Below are positions 8,794-18,199 of a stretch of 64,000 bases of DNA, piece after piece. Source of the DNA: Acidimicrobiales bacterium (GTDB lineage Bacteria > Actinomycetota > Acidimicrobiia > Acidimicrobiales > SZUA-35). How positions within the stretch are numbered: position 1 is the first letter of the stretch; every line of letters starts with the position of its first letter. Under the pieces are notes generated by a model that ran no database searches, had not been told where the DNA came from, and worked only from the letters and a program-made list of their open reading frames with translations. The position numbers were made by a program, and so were the translations under genes. Where the stretch lies: contig JAHDCC010000001.1 in NCBI GenBank assembly GCA_020630065.1, forward strand, positions 111,566 through 175,565, written 5' to 3'.

Positions 8794-10314
8794 ATGTCTG
8801 CTAAGCCCATCGTCTTAATCGGTCTCTCAGGTAGCGGAAAGTCGACGGTTGCTCCGCTTGTTGCCGAATCGCTTGATCGCGTTTCCGTTGACCTTGACCA
8901 GGTGATTGTCGATTCTTTAGGATGTTCGATCGCTGAAACTTTTGCCGACAAAGGAGAAGACTTCTTTCGAGCGCGCGAGGCCGAAGCTTTCCTCGAGACG
9001 ATCCAGAAATTTCCTCAAGCCGTTGTCGCCAGCGGAGGAGGGCTTGTAACAAACCCTGCGAACCTTCAGCTGTTACGTGACCATTGCATAGCGGTTTGGC
9101 TCAATCCTTCCCTGAACACAATCGAACAGCGGCTAGGCGAAAACAACCAGATGAGGCCACTACTCCAAGACGCCGGAGCGCTCAAAAGCCAGTATGGCGA
9201 ACGGTTAGGCCTGTACTCTGTAGCAGCAGACTTGTTGGTCACCACAGAGTCCGATATGGCGACAATAGCAGCTGAAGTTGTCGAAAAAGTTAATGGCTAC
9301 AGCTACGAGCCGCGTACCGAAAAGGTGCATCTTTCCGATGGTCGTAGCTACGACGTGTTCGTCGGGCGGGGAGTGACGCTTCAGCTCAATCAACTCGTTC
9401 CGCCAAGAGCGAAACGCGCGGCCATAGTAACGCAGGAACCGATTGGGGTTGAACCAGACCCAGGGATTGAACATCGCACGTTTATAGTCGAGAACGGCGA
9501 GCAAGCTAAACGACTTGAAACCGTTGGCCAACTCACCTCTGAGTTTGCTCAGTGGGGGTTAACTAGAAACGATGTAGTTATTTCGGTTGGCGGTGGGGTG
9601 GTAACCGATTTGGCCGGATTTGTGGCTGCTACGTATCATCGAGGCCTCCCGGTCATCCATGTGTCTACGACACTTCTCGGCCAGATCGACGCAGCGATCG
9701 GGGGCAAAACGGGTGTTAATCTGCCTGAAGGTAAAAACCTGGTGGGCGCTTTTTGGCAACCACATGGAGTGATCTGTGATTCTGACCACTTGATGACGTT
9801 ACCTCCTCGAGAATTCCGAAGCGGCATGGGAGAGTTAGCGAAGTACCACTTTCTAGGAGGAGGTCGACTTGACGAGCTTCCTATGGTCGATCGTGTAGCG
9901 GCCTGTGTTCGTATCAAAGCCGACGTTGTCGCCGCTGACGAACGTGAGGGCGGGTTGCGAGCCATTCTGAATTATGGGCACACGTTAGCTCACGCATTAG
10001 AGACTTCAGGTAAATATGGGCTTCGCCATGGGGAAGCAGTAGCCATCGGCTTGGTCTACGCAGCTGAACTTGCGCTGCGCCTAGGGCGAATCGATGAAGC
10101 TGCGGTGGCTGAGCATCGACGAATCGTCGACGCGTATTCGCTAAGTTCAACGATTCCGCCAGAAGCTGACGCCGACGAACTGATTGCCCTATTTGGTCGA
10201 GACAAGAAAGCCCTCGACGGAATTACTTTTGTTCTTGACGGTCCAAATGGTGTCGAACCGGTTTTGGTTGAGGACGAAACACTACTACGAGAGGCATTGG
10301 AGGCTATTCGATAA
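8794..10314 (+). CDS. aroB: Bifunctional shikimate kinase / 3-dehydroquinate synthase (AroK-AroB fusion)
   Basis: The N-terminal ~165 aa have the P-loop LIGLSGSGKST and shikimate kinase motifs. The remainder is DHQS (GGGVVTDLAGFVAATYHRG, GGKTGVNL, NYGHTLAHALE). ATG 8794 was chosen; an in-frame TTG at 8776 is also possible. Confidence 0.85.
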   Translation: MSAKPIVLIGLSGSGKSTVAPLVAESLDRVSVDLDQVIVDSLGCSIAETFADKGEDFFRAREAEAFLETIQKFPQAVVASGGGLVTNPANLQLLRDHCIAVWLNPSLNTIEQRLGENNQMRPLLQDAGALKSQYGERLGLYSVAADLLVTTESDMATIAAEVVEKVNGYSYEPRTEKVHLSDGRSYDVFVGRGVTLQLNQLVPPRAKRAAIVTQEPIGVEPDPGIEHRTFIVENGEQAKRLETVGQLTSEFAQWGLTRNDVVISVGGGVVTDLAGFVAATYHRGLPVIHVSTTLLGQIDAAIGGKTGVNLPEGKNLVGAFWQPHGVICDSDHLMTLPPREFRSGMGELAKYHFLGGGRLDELPMVDRVAACVRIKADVVAADEREGGLRAILNYGHTLAHALETSGKYGLRHGEAVAIGLVYAAELALRLGRIDEAAVAEHRRIVDAYSLSSTIPPEADADELIALFGRDKKALDGITFVLDGPNGVEPVLVEDETLLREALEAIR

Positions 10315-10811
10315 TGCCGACGATCGCATTACTCTCAGGTCCGAACCTGAACTTGTTGGGGACCCGCCAGCCAGAAATCTACGGTACTGAAACCCTTGAC
10401 GATCACGTCGAAACCGCCCAGAAGACAGCCAATAGGTTTCGTTTGGAATTGGAGCATTTCCAGTCGAACCACGAAGGTGAGCTGGTCGACAGGATCCACG
10501 AGAACCGACAACGATGGGACGGTATCGTTATTAATCCTGCCGCCCTCACCCATTACGGTTGGTCGCTCCATGATGCGTTAGCAGCCTTTGAAGGGCCGAT
10601 AGTCGAGCTGCATCTTTCGAATCCGAACACCAGAGAATCTTGGCGACATGTCTCGGTTGTTGCGCCAGTTGCGACCGGTTCCATTATCGGATTCGGTGGA
10701 CATGGATATTGTCTGGCGGTCGAAGCGATCGCTCACGAATTGGGAGTAAGTAAATGGAGACGCTTTTACCGTTTGCCAGCCAATCCGTCGGATCTAGACA
10801 CCGACGAATAG
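10314..10811 (+). CDS. aroQ: Type II 3-dehydroquinate dehydratase
   Basis: LLSGPNLNLLGTRQPEIYG, FQSNHEGELVD, INPAALTHY and LSNPNTRE motifs. The last ~19 codons overlap the next gene. Confidence 0.9.
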   Translation: MPTIALLSGPNLNLLGTRQPEIYGTETLDDHVETAQKTANRFRLELEHFQSNHEGELVDRIHENRQRWDGIVINPAALTHYGWSLHDALAAFEGPIVELHLSNPNTRESWRHVSVVAPVATGSIIGFGGHGYCLAVEAIAHELGVSKWRRFYRLPANPSDLDTDE

Positions 10812-11866
10812 CCGAACAGTTCGACGCTGTAAACTATGACGCCTTCCTAGTTACCTCGCTACCCAACGTACGATGGTTGACTGGGTTCAGTGGATCTAAC
10901 GGGTTTGTTGTGCTGTCGCAAGATCGGTTTGTGCTAGTAACCGACGGTCGTTATAGAACCTCAGCTGCCGACGAACTTGCCGCCGCGCAATGCCCGGCAG
11001 AGTTACTGATCCCTACCGAGTTCGGAAACGAACTGTATGAAACCCTTTTAGGGTCATTCGAATCGGTTGGGTTTGAAGCGAATGACCTGGCATGGAACAA
11101 ACATCGCTCGATCAACGATGCTGTACCCAACGTTTTTTTGGTGCCGACGACCAACGTTTGCGAAACCCTTCGCCGGGTTAAAGACGACGGGGAACGAAAC
11201 CTGTTAGCACGTGCGTCGGCCATCGCCGATGAGGCGCTAGAAGCCGTGTTGCCGATGATCTGTGCCGGGGTTACCGAACGAGACATCGCCGCTGAACTCG
11301 ACGTCAGAATGAAAAAGCTGGGTGCCGATGACTCGGCCTACGACACGATTGTGGCATCGGGACCCAACAGTGCGCTTCCGCATGCCCGCCCCACCGACAG
11401 GCCCCTAGCAGACGGGGACTTGCTGATCATCGACGTCGGCGCTCGAGTACACGGGTATGGCAGCGATATGACTCGTACCTTTGTTATAGGTGGCGAACCG
11501 ACGCCTGAACAGCAGCGTTGGTACGAAGCGGTTGTAGCGGCTCAACAAGCAGGAGTGGCTGCGCTCGAACCCGGAGTCGAGGAGAGCAGAATCGACTCGG
11601 TATGTCGGAGTGTTTTAGCTGATTTTGGGTACGAGGACGCCTTCATTCACGGAACCGGCCATGGAATTGGGTTAGAGATTCATGAAGATCCTGTTCTGTC
11701 GACCCGAAGCTTAGGTACCCTCCATTCGGGCCTTGTAATTACAGTCGAGCCTGGCATCTATTTTCCTGGTGTCGGTGGCGTCCGTATTGAAGACGCAGTG
11801 GCGATAACCGATTCTGGTTGTTCCACGCTCACCAATAGCCCAAAAACCTTACTCCCCAGTCGTTGA
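10754..11866 (+). CDS. pepQ: Xaa-Pro aminopeptidase/dipeptidase (M24B)
   Basis: Creatinase-like N-domain plus an M24 pita-bread fold (DVGARVHGYGSDMTRTF, HGTGHGIGLEIHE, VEPGIY). GGGAG Shine-Dalgarno 7 nt upstream of the ATG. Confidence 0.85.
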   Translation: METLLPFASQSVGSRHRRIAEQFDAVNYDAFLVTSLPNVRWLTGFSGSNGFVVLSQDRFVLVTDGRYRTSAADELAAAQCPAELLIPTEFGNELYETLLGSFESVGFEANDLAWNKHRSINDAVPNVFLVPTTNVCETLRRVKDDGERNLLARASAIADEALEAVLPMICAGVTERDIAAELDVRMKKLGADDSAYDTIVASGPNSALPHARPTDRPLADGDLLIIDVGARVHGYGSDMTRTFVIGGEPTPEQQRWYEAVVAAQQAGVAALEPGVEESRIDSVCRSVLADFGYEDAFIHGTGHGIGLEIHEDPVLSTRSLGTLHSGLVITVEPGIYFPGVGGVRIEDAVAITDSGCSTLTNSPKTLLPSR

Positions 11867-11888
11867 ATAAATCGAAGGACACAACACT

Positions 11889-12449
11889 ATGGCAATGACG
11901 ACCAATGATTTGAAGAACGGCATGTGCCTGAACCTCTCCGAAGGTCTCTTCCAAGTGCAGGAATTTCAGCATGTTAAGCCAGGCAAGGGTGGGGCGTTTG
12001 TTCGGACCACGTTACGTAACTTGCGAAGCGGAGCGGTGGTAGACCGTACGTTTCGGGCTGGTGAAAAAGTTGAACGGGCATACATCGACAAGCGGGCAAT
12101 GCAGTTTCTGTACAAAGAAGGAACTGACTTCGTGGTGATGGACAACGAAACGTTCGAACAACTCAACATCACAAAAGAAACGATGGCCGAGGCCGGCAAC
12201 TTCTTGGTTGATGGTGCAACCGTTTCGTTGCTCATGTTCGGTGACGAGGTGGTCGGGACCGAGCTGCCAGCTTCGGTAGAACTAGAAGTCACTGAAACAG
12301 AGCCAGGTCTTCAAGGCGACCGTGTTTCGGGTGCCCGAAAACCGGCGACACTTGAGACAGGACTAGTAGTTCAGGTGCCTCTTTTTGTTGAGCCGGGTGG
12401 TCGAATCAAAGTAGATACTCGCACCGGCGAGTACCTTACTCGAGCGTGA
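11889..12449 (+). CDS. efp: Elongation factor P
   Basis: HVKPGKGGAFVRTTLRNL and the overall EF-P pattern, 186 aa. Confidence 0.95.
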   Translation: MAMTTNDLKNGMCLNLSEGLFQVQEFQHVKPGKGGAFVRTTLRNLRSGAVVDRTFRAGEKVERAYIDKRAMQFLYKEGTDFVVMDNETFEQLNITKETMAEAGNFLVDGATVSLLMFGDEVVGTELPASVELEVTETEPGLQGDRVSGARKPATLETGLVVQVPLFVEPGGRIKVDTRTGEYLTRA

Positions 12450-12856
12450 GTTCTTCAACTAGCCTCGATACGGGCGGACGCCGAGAAGCACGAGAACGTG
12501 CGATTGAGTTAGCGTATGAGGCAAGTGTCCGAGACTGGTCTGTGGATCAGCTCGTCGAGTCGCTTTCAACCAAACCGGACCCCTTTGTTGTGCAACTGCT
12601 TGAATGGTCGGCAAAACGACAGTCGGAATCCGATGAACGAATAGAAACAAAAGCCGAGGGATGGACGTTAAAACGTATGCCTTCTCTCGACGTTTTGGTT
12701 ATGCGGATGGCGATAGCCGAGATGCTAGAAGCCGACACCCCAACTGGAGTCATACTGTCGGAAGCCACTGAGTTGGCTGGTCGCTACTCAACCGACGAGT
12801 CGGGCGGATTTGTCAACGGTGTGCTGGCGGCGATTGCCGAAGATATCCGAAACTGA
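12446..12856 (+). CDS. nusB: Transcription antitermination factor NusB
   Basis: GTGA overlap with efp. RREARERAIELAYE at the N-terminus and a FVNGVLAAI C-terminal motif. Confidence 0.9.
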   Translation: MSSSTSLDTGGRREARERAIELAYEASVRDWSVDQLVESLSTKPDPFVVQLLEWSAKRQSESDERIETKAEGWTLKRMPSLDVLVMRMAIAEMLEADTPTGVILSEATELAGRYSTDESGGFVNGVLAAIAEDIRN

Positions 12857-12942
12857 CAACTCAACCGCATAGATAGCTCTACTTTTTGGGTTAGCTAGGC
12901 GTTCCTAGGTCAAATCTGGAGACGGCGGGCCGATAGTTCTAG

Positions 12943-14034
12943 GTGGAACTACCGGAATCGCCGACCCCTGAACCGACAAGCCGTCGGCGGGCTCGCATCG
13001 ACAAGAACAAACTCGCTGGACTGGGTGTGCTGTCAGCCGGGGTCTTTGCTATTGCTGCGCTCACGTTTGTCACTACCAGATCAAGCGACCAGGCCGAACC
13101 TGAGACACCTGAACAGCTTCAGTTCAGCAGTTCTGAGACATCGATAGCCGAAGCAGGAACTCTCTGGATCGATACCTCAAACCCGGAAGCGGTTTCTGGA
13201 GCATTTCTCGCCGAATTCACCAAAGACGTCCCAGCTGTCGAATGGCAAGGTGACCACACAAGCTGCGACGGAGGAACAAGTTCGGCGGATTTGCGGACGT
13301 CGACCATAGCGCGAGTGAACTACTACCGGGCAATGGCTGGAGTTCCCGCCGTGGTGACTGAGAACGAAGAATTCTCAGAAAAAGCTCATTCTGGAGCGAT
13401 AATGATGAGCGTCGAGGGTGAACTAACCCACGAACCTCCGCCGTCGTTCGCGTGCTACACCGAGGTAGGTTTTGAAGCTGCCTCAAATTCCAACTTGTAC
13501 CTGGGTCGAACAGGGCCAAGCGCCATCGACGGCTATGTAGAAGACCCAGGTGAAGACAACGCCGATGTGGGACATAGAAACACGTTGTTGCATCCTCCAA
13601 CAACTGAGATGGGAGTCGCCAACATCGAGAGTCGTGACGGATACGACGAAGCTAACCTCGTTTGGGTCTTTGATGAGCAGGTATTCGACAAGTCGACTGT
13701 GTCGCGGGAACAAGACGGCTTTGTGGCTTGGCCCCCAAAAGGTTTTGTGCCCCAGGAAGTTGTATACGATCGCTGGTCGTTCAGCCTGCCTGAAGCGGAC
13801 TTTACCGACGCCACTGTGACTGTCACCTCAAATGGTGAGGCAATTCCACTCTCTTCGATCACTAAAGAAGGCAAGCCTGGTCGGGTGCCGAATCCAATCA
13901 TCGTTTGGGAGCCGGTACTCGAGGATCGCTCAGAACGAGTGGCGTACGATATCGAAATCCGTAACGTATCTTTAGGGGGACAACAACAAGACTACGCCTA
14001 CACAGTCACCGTTTTGGAGCCGTTACTCGGGTAA
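12943..14034 (+). CDS. Membrane-anchored/secreted CAP (SCP/PR-1-like) domain protein
   Basis: Basic N-terminus plus a TM helix, then the CAP-domain pattern (VNYYRAMAGVPAV, ...GHRNTLL). An extra C-terminal ~130 aa domain has unknown function. Confidence 0.6.
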   Translation: MELPESPTPEPTSRRRARIDKNKLAGLGVLSAGVFAIAALTFVTTRSSDQAEPETPEQLQFSSSETSIAEAGTLWIDTSNPEAVSGAFLAEFTKDVPAVEWQGDHTSCDGGTSSADLRTSTIARVNYYRAMAGVPAVVTENEEFSEKAHSGAIMMSVEGELTHEPPPSFACYTEVGFEAASNSNLYLGRTGPSAIDGYVEDPGEDNADVGHRNTLLHPPTTEMGVANIESRDGYDEANLVWVFDEQVFDKSTVSREQDGFVAWPPKGFVPQEVVYDRWSFSLPEADFTDATVTVTSNGEAIPLSSITKEGKPGRVPNPIIVWEPVLEDRSERVAYDIEIRNVSLGGQQQDYAYTVTVLEPLLG

Positions 14035-14168
14035 TAGCCAACGTGGCGAGACTGCTCAACCATTCTGGTCAAGCAGAATCGTGTGCCAGTCGCTACATTC
14101 GGGGAGATTAAATTACCCGGCTCTTAGTTACTAGGAACGTAAGTCGATAGGCTGGGTAATGTCGTGAA

Positions 14169-14191
14169 GTGAGGTCCGGTGAGGCCCGCAC
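14169..14191 (+). promoter_or_regulatory. Candidate PyrR-binding hairpin in the pyrR leader
   Basis: The stem GTGAGG/CCGCAC encloses the loop TCCGGTGAGGC, which resembles the PyrR binding-loop consensus (A/G)UCCAGAGAGGC. It ends 4 nt before the SD GAAGGAG (14195-14201). Confidence 0.35.
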
Positions 14192-14205
14192 GGTGAAGGA
14201 GAACT

Positions 14206-14772
14206 ATGGCAGAACGCGAACGAGGACGCACGCCCCCATATGGGGGCGTTTTTGTTGCCCGCAGTACTATTCTCGATGAAGCAGCGGTAGCCCGGGCCGT
14301 GAAACGTATGGCCCACGAGATCATAGAACGTAATCAGGGTCTAGAAGATGTGGTGCTTATCGGGTTGCAGACCGGTGGGGTGCCGTTTGCCGAGGCGATC
14401 GTTGCCGCTCTGTCGGATATAGAAAAGGTTGCAGTTCCGTTAGGTCGTCTAGATGTGGCCTTCTACCGAGACGACCTCAATTTACGGCCAGTTCTTCCCG
14501 AAGCGGCTACAGATGTCGACTTCGATATCAACCGCAAAATTGTTGTGATCGTAGACGATGTGCTGTTCACGGGCAGAACGATTAGAGCGGCGCTTGACGC
14601 AATCATGGATCAAGGCCGGCCAAAGGCTATACAGCTTGCAGCGATGGTCGATCGTGGGCATCGGGAGCTTCCGATCCGCCCAGACTATGTCGGAAAGAAC
14701 ATTCCAACTAAGCGCAGCGAAGTGGTCAACGCAACTCTAGAAGTAGTCGAGCTGGGAGAAGTGCAACGGTGA
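14206..14772 (+). CDS. pyrR: Bifunctional pyrimidine operon regulator / uracil phosphoribosyltransferase PyrR
   Basis: [13 protein letters not shown] and the [21 protein letters not shown] motif, first gene of the pyr cluster. Confidence 0.92.
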   Translation: MAERERGRTPPYGGVFVARSTILDEAAVARAVKRMAHEIIERNQGLEDVVLIGLQTGGVPFAEAIVAALSDIEKVAVPLGRLDVAFYRDDLNLRPVLPEAATDVDFDINRKIVVIVDDVLFTGRTIRAALDAIMDQGRPKAIQLAAMVDRGHRELPIRPDYVGKNIPTKRSEVVNATLEVVELGEVQR

Positions 14773-15746
14773 GGCATTTCTTGTCTACCACCGACCTCCA
14801 CGCCGACGATTTATCCGACATTCTTCAACTAGCCGATTCGTTCTCTGAAGTTTTGTCGCGCGATATTCCTAAGGTCCCGGCGTTGCGAGGCAAAACGGTG
14901 GTTCTCGCATTCTTTGAGGATTCGACTCGCACCCGAACAAGTTTCGACTTAGCCGCCAGGCGTTTATCAGCTGACGTGGTGAACTTTTCGGCATCAAGTT
15001 CGTCGACTAAAAAAGGTGAATCTCTTCGGGACACTATCCAAACTATCGACGCCATGGGTGTTGATGGGATTGTCCTTCGTCATGGTTCCTCAGGGACCCC
15101 CTCCCAAATCGTTCCATGGACTTCGGCTGCAGTGGTAAACGCCGGCGATGGTTGGCACGCACACCCGAGCCAGGCGTTACTCGACTGCTATACAATCACC
15201 CAACATCGACAACGTAACGGACAAATCGGAAGACGCCTAGATGGGATGCGAATCGCTATCTGCGGCGATGTCAATCATTCGAGGGTTGCCCGTTCGAATG
15301 TAGACGCATTCACGAAGCTTGGTGCGGAAGTGATTCTTGTTGGCCCACAAACGTTGATGCCAGCGTCGCTTGAGGGTTGGCCGGTCACAGCTGTTTCAGA
15401 CCTCGACGAAGTGATCGGCGACCTCGACGCCATTTACTTACTTCGCATCCAAAACGAACGCCTAGAAGGGCCGCTACTTCCAAGCAACAGAGAGTATCGA
15501 CGACGGTTTGGTTTAACTGCTGAACGTCTTGTCGACCTCAAACCAGACGCCATGATCCTCCATCCCGGACCAATGAACAGAGGGGTCGAACTCGACCCAG
15601 AAGCAGCCGATGACCCTCGCGCCGTAGTCACAAATCAGGTAGCGAGCGGAGTTCCGATCAGGATGGCGATCTTATACCGGTGTTTGGGACTCGGAAAATT
15701 TCCCACACCTGGTTTGCAAGAAACAATTGATGAGGATCCTCGATAG
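14769..15746 (+). CDS. pyrB: Aspartate carbamoyltransferase catalytic subunit
   Basis: [20 protein letters not shown] and [10 protein letters not shown] motifs. Confidence 0.95.
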   Translation: MRHFLSTTDLHADDLSDILQLADSFSEVLSRDIPKVPALRGKTVVLAFFEDSTRTRTSFDLAARRLSADVVNFSASSSSTKKGESLRDTIQTIDAMGVDGIVLRHGSSGTPSQIVPWTSAAVVNAGDGWHAHPSQALLDCYTITQHRQRNGQIGRRLDGMRIAICGDVNHSRVARSNVDAFTKLGAEVILVGPQTLMPASLEGWPVTAVSDLDEVIGDLDAIYLLRIQNERLEGPLLPSNREYRRRFGLTAERLVDLKPDAMILHPGPMNRGVELDPEAADDPRAVVTNQVASGVPIRMAILYRCLGLGKFPTPGLQETIDEDPR

Positions 15747-17044
15747 TGGGCAGTGTAGTACTGAAAAACGGTGAGGTGATCGATCGAAACGGTCGGCGAA
15801 GCGCTGACGTTGTGGTCAATGTTGACAACGGGAAGATCGTTGAGGTTGGCGAGAATCTGTCGGCTGATCTTGACCTAGATGCCCAAGGATGTGTCATTAG
15901 CACAGGCTTTGTTGATCTCCACACCAGTTTGCGGCAACCAGGGCATGAAGCGGCCGAAACGATCGAAACCGGTAGTCGAGCCGCCGCCTTGGGTGGCTAC
16001 ACGGCAGTGGTTTCCATGCCAGACACAACTCCGTGCACAGATTCGGCTGCCGTCGTCAACGAAGTCCTGAATTGGGGCAAGTCGGCGCTTTGCGAAATCA
16101 AACCTTCAGCGGCAATAAGTATCGGAAGAAAAGGTCACGAACTCAGTCCGATGGCTGAGCTTGTTGACCTCGGTGTACGAATGTTTACCGACGCTGGAGC
16201 CGGAGTGCAAAACGACGGGTTGATGCGTCGTGCGCTTGAATACGCAAGCGGAATTCCCACCCCAGACGATAAGCCGGTTGTGTTGGCGCAACACTGTGAA
16301 GTGTCGGCTCTAAGTGAAGGCGGTGTCATGCATGAAGGCCAATGGTCTTCGAAGCTCGGCCTCGCGGGGCAACCAAGCGAGTCAGAAGAGCTGATGGTGC
16401 TTCGAGATATCATGCTTAGCCGACTGGTCAACGCCAGGGTGCATTTCCAACACCTTTCGACCGCCGGAAGCGTTGAGATGGTGCGGCAGGCAAAGGCCGA
16501 TGGTTTATTGGTCACCGCTGAGGTAACAACACACCATTTCTTGTTTACCGACGCTGCGTGCGCCAACTACGGAACCGAATTCAAAGTACAACCACCATTA
16601 CGGACCGCAGCCGACGTAGCGGCTATCAAAGAAGGTTTAGCCGACGGAACGATCGATGTGATCGCCACCGATCACGCTCCTCATACTCCCGATTCGAAAG
16701 AACGTCCGTTCGATTCAGCCCCTCCCGGAATGTTGGGAGTCGAGACTGCGTTTGCCATCGCCAACACCGAACTCGACCTTCCATACGAGAAACTCTTTGA
16801 CCTAATGTCGTGGACACCGGCAAAGATCGCTGGGTTAGATCCCATCCATGGTGGCGAAATTGGGCCTGGCGCTGCAGCGAATCTGGCAGTCATCGACCCG
16901 AATTTCGAATGGGTCATCAAAGGCAAAGAATTGGCTAGCAAAGCAAACAACACTCCATACGAAAACAAAGTTGTGACCGGAAAAATCAGGCACACCCTTT
17001 ACAGAGGTGAAACAGTGGTACAAGACGGAAAGGCAACAAGATGA
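15746..17044 (+). CDS. pyrC: Dihydroorotase
   Basis: GFVDLHTSLRQPG, ATDHAPH and the amidohydrolase pattern. Its start overlaps the pyrB stop. Confidence 0.93.
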   Translation: MGSVVLKNGEVIDRNGRRSADVVVNVDNGKIVEVGENLSADLDLDAQGCVISTGFVDLHTSLRQPGHEAAETIETGSRAAALGGYTAVVSMPDTTPCTDSAAVVNEVLNWGKSALCEIKPSAAISIGRKGHELSPMAELVDLGVRMFTDAGAGVQNDGLMRRALEYASGIPTPDDKPVVLAQHCEVSALSEGGVMHEGQWSSKLGLAGQPSESEELMVLRDIMLSRLVNARVHFQHLSTAGSVEMVRQAKADGLLVTAEVTTHHFLFTDAACANYGTEFKVQPPLRTAADVAAIKEGLADGTIDVIATDHAPHTPDSKERPFDSAPPGMLGVETAFAIANTELDLPYEKLFDLMSWTPAKIAGLDPIHGGEIGPGAAANLAVIDPNFEWVIKGKELASKANNTPYENKVVTGKIRHTLYRGETVVQDGKATR

Positions 17045-18168
17045 CCTACTCTCCATCATCTACTTTGGTTCCTGGAGCCTTGGTTCTTGTCGATGGCTCG
17101 ATATTCGAAGGAACTATGGCCGGGGCGACGCCCGATGACGGCTATGTCAGCGGAGAAGTCGTGTTTAATACCGCGATGGCTGGCTACCAGGAGGTACTAA
17201 CTGACCCGTCTTATGCCGGTCAGATCGTAACCTTTACTTACCCCCACATCGGGAACTACGGTACGACCCCGGCAGACGCACAATCGGGGGGCACCTTCAC
17301 ACGAGGCCTTATCGTCAGAGATCTTCCACGCCGCCATTCGAATTGGCGAGCCGAACGCAGCCTCGAAGGGTTCCTCCAGGCCCATAACTTGGCGGCTATT
17401 GCCGGGCTTGACACTCGACGGCTGACACGCCTGCTTCGAGATTCTGGTGCCATGGTAGGAGCATTTGGTCCCACAGACGGGCCAGGAGCGGTCGATCTCG
17501 AAACGCTTAAACAAAAAGCGGCTGATGAACCCGGTACCGACGGAGTTGACTTGGTCGCACAAGTAACAACCGACAAACCTTATACGGTCGCCGGACCAGC
17601 CGGCAACAACCGCAAGATTGTGGCGTTCGACTTCGGAATCAAAACCTCGATAGTCAACCAGCTATCTCAGCTGGCTACGGTCGATATTGTTCCAGCCTCA
17701 ACAACCGCCGAGCAAGTTCTCAATCGACAACCCGACGGCGTCTTTTTGTCCAACGGGCCCGGCGATCCACGGCAAGTACCTTACGCGATTGAAGCGGTCA
17801 AGACCCTGGTTGGCAAGGTTCCACTGTTCGGAATCTGTTTAGGCCATCAAATCTTGTCGTTGGCAATCGGAGGCACCATCATCAAATTGCCGTTTGGACA
17901 CCACGGAGCCAATCATCCAGTCTCGGACAAGACAACAAACGTGGTTGAGATCACATCCCAAAATCACAACTTCGCTGTCGACCCAGCATCGATTCGAGAC
18001 GTCGCAGACATCACACACGTAAACCTCAATGATGGGGTGTGTCAAGGAATAGCACTTAAGACAGCACCGGCGTTTAGTGTGCAACATCACCCGGAAGCGA
18101 GTCCTGGTCCTCACGATAGTTACTACTTGTTTGACCGGTTCGCCGAACTGATGGACAACAACGCCTGA
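17041..18168 (+). CDS. carA: Carbamoyl-phosphate synthase small (glutaminase) subunit
   Basis: [32 protein letters not shown] and [12 protein letters not shown]. Confidence 0.95.
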   Translation: MTYSPSSTLVPGALVLVDGSIFEGTMAGATPDDGYVSGEVVFNTAMAGYQEVLTDPSYAGQIVTFTYPHIGNYGTTPADAQSGGTFTRGLIVRDLPRRHSNWRAERSLEGFLQAHNLAAIAGLDTRRLTRLLRDSGAMVGAFGPTDGPGAVDLETLKQKAADEPGTDGVDLVAQVTTDKPYTVAGPAGNNRKIVAFDFGIKTSIVNQLSQLATVDIVPASTTAEQVLNRQPDGVFLSNGPGDPRQVPYAIEAVKTLVGKVPLFGICLGHQILSLAIGGTIIKLPFGHHGANHPVSDKTTNVVEITSQNHNFAVDPASIRDVADITHVNLNDGVCQGIALKTAPAFSVQHHPEASPGPHDSYYLFDRFAELMDNNA

Positions 18169-18199
18169 TGATATTGAACGCAGTGGAGAGAGCAAGATA

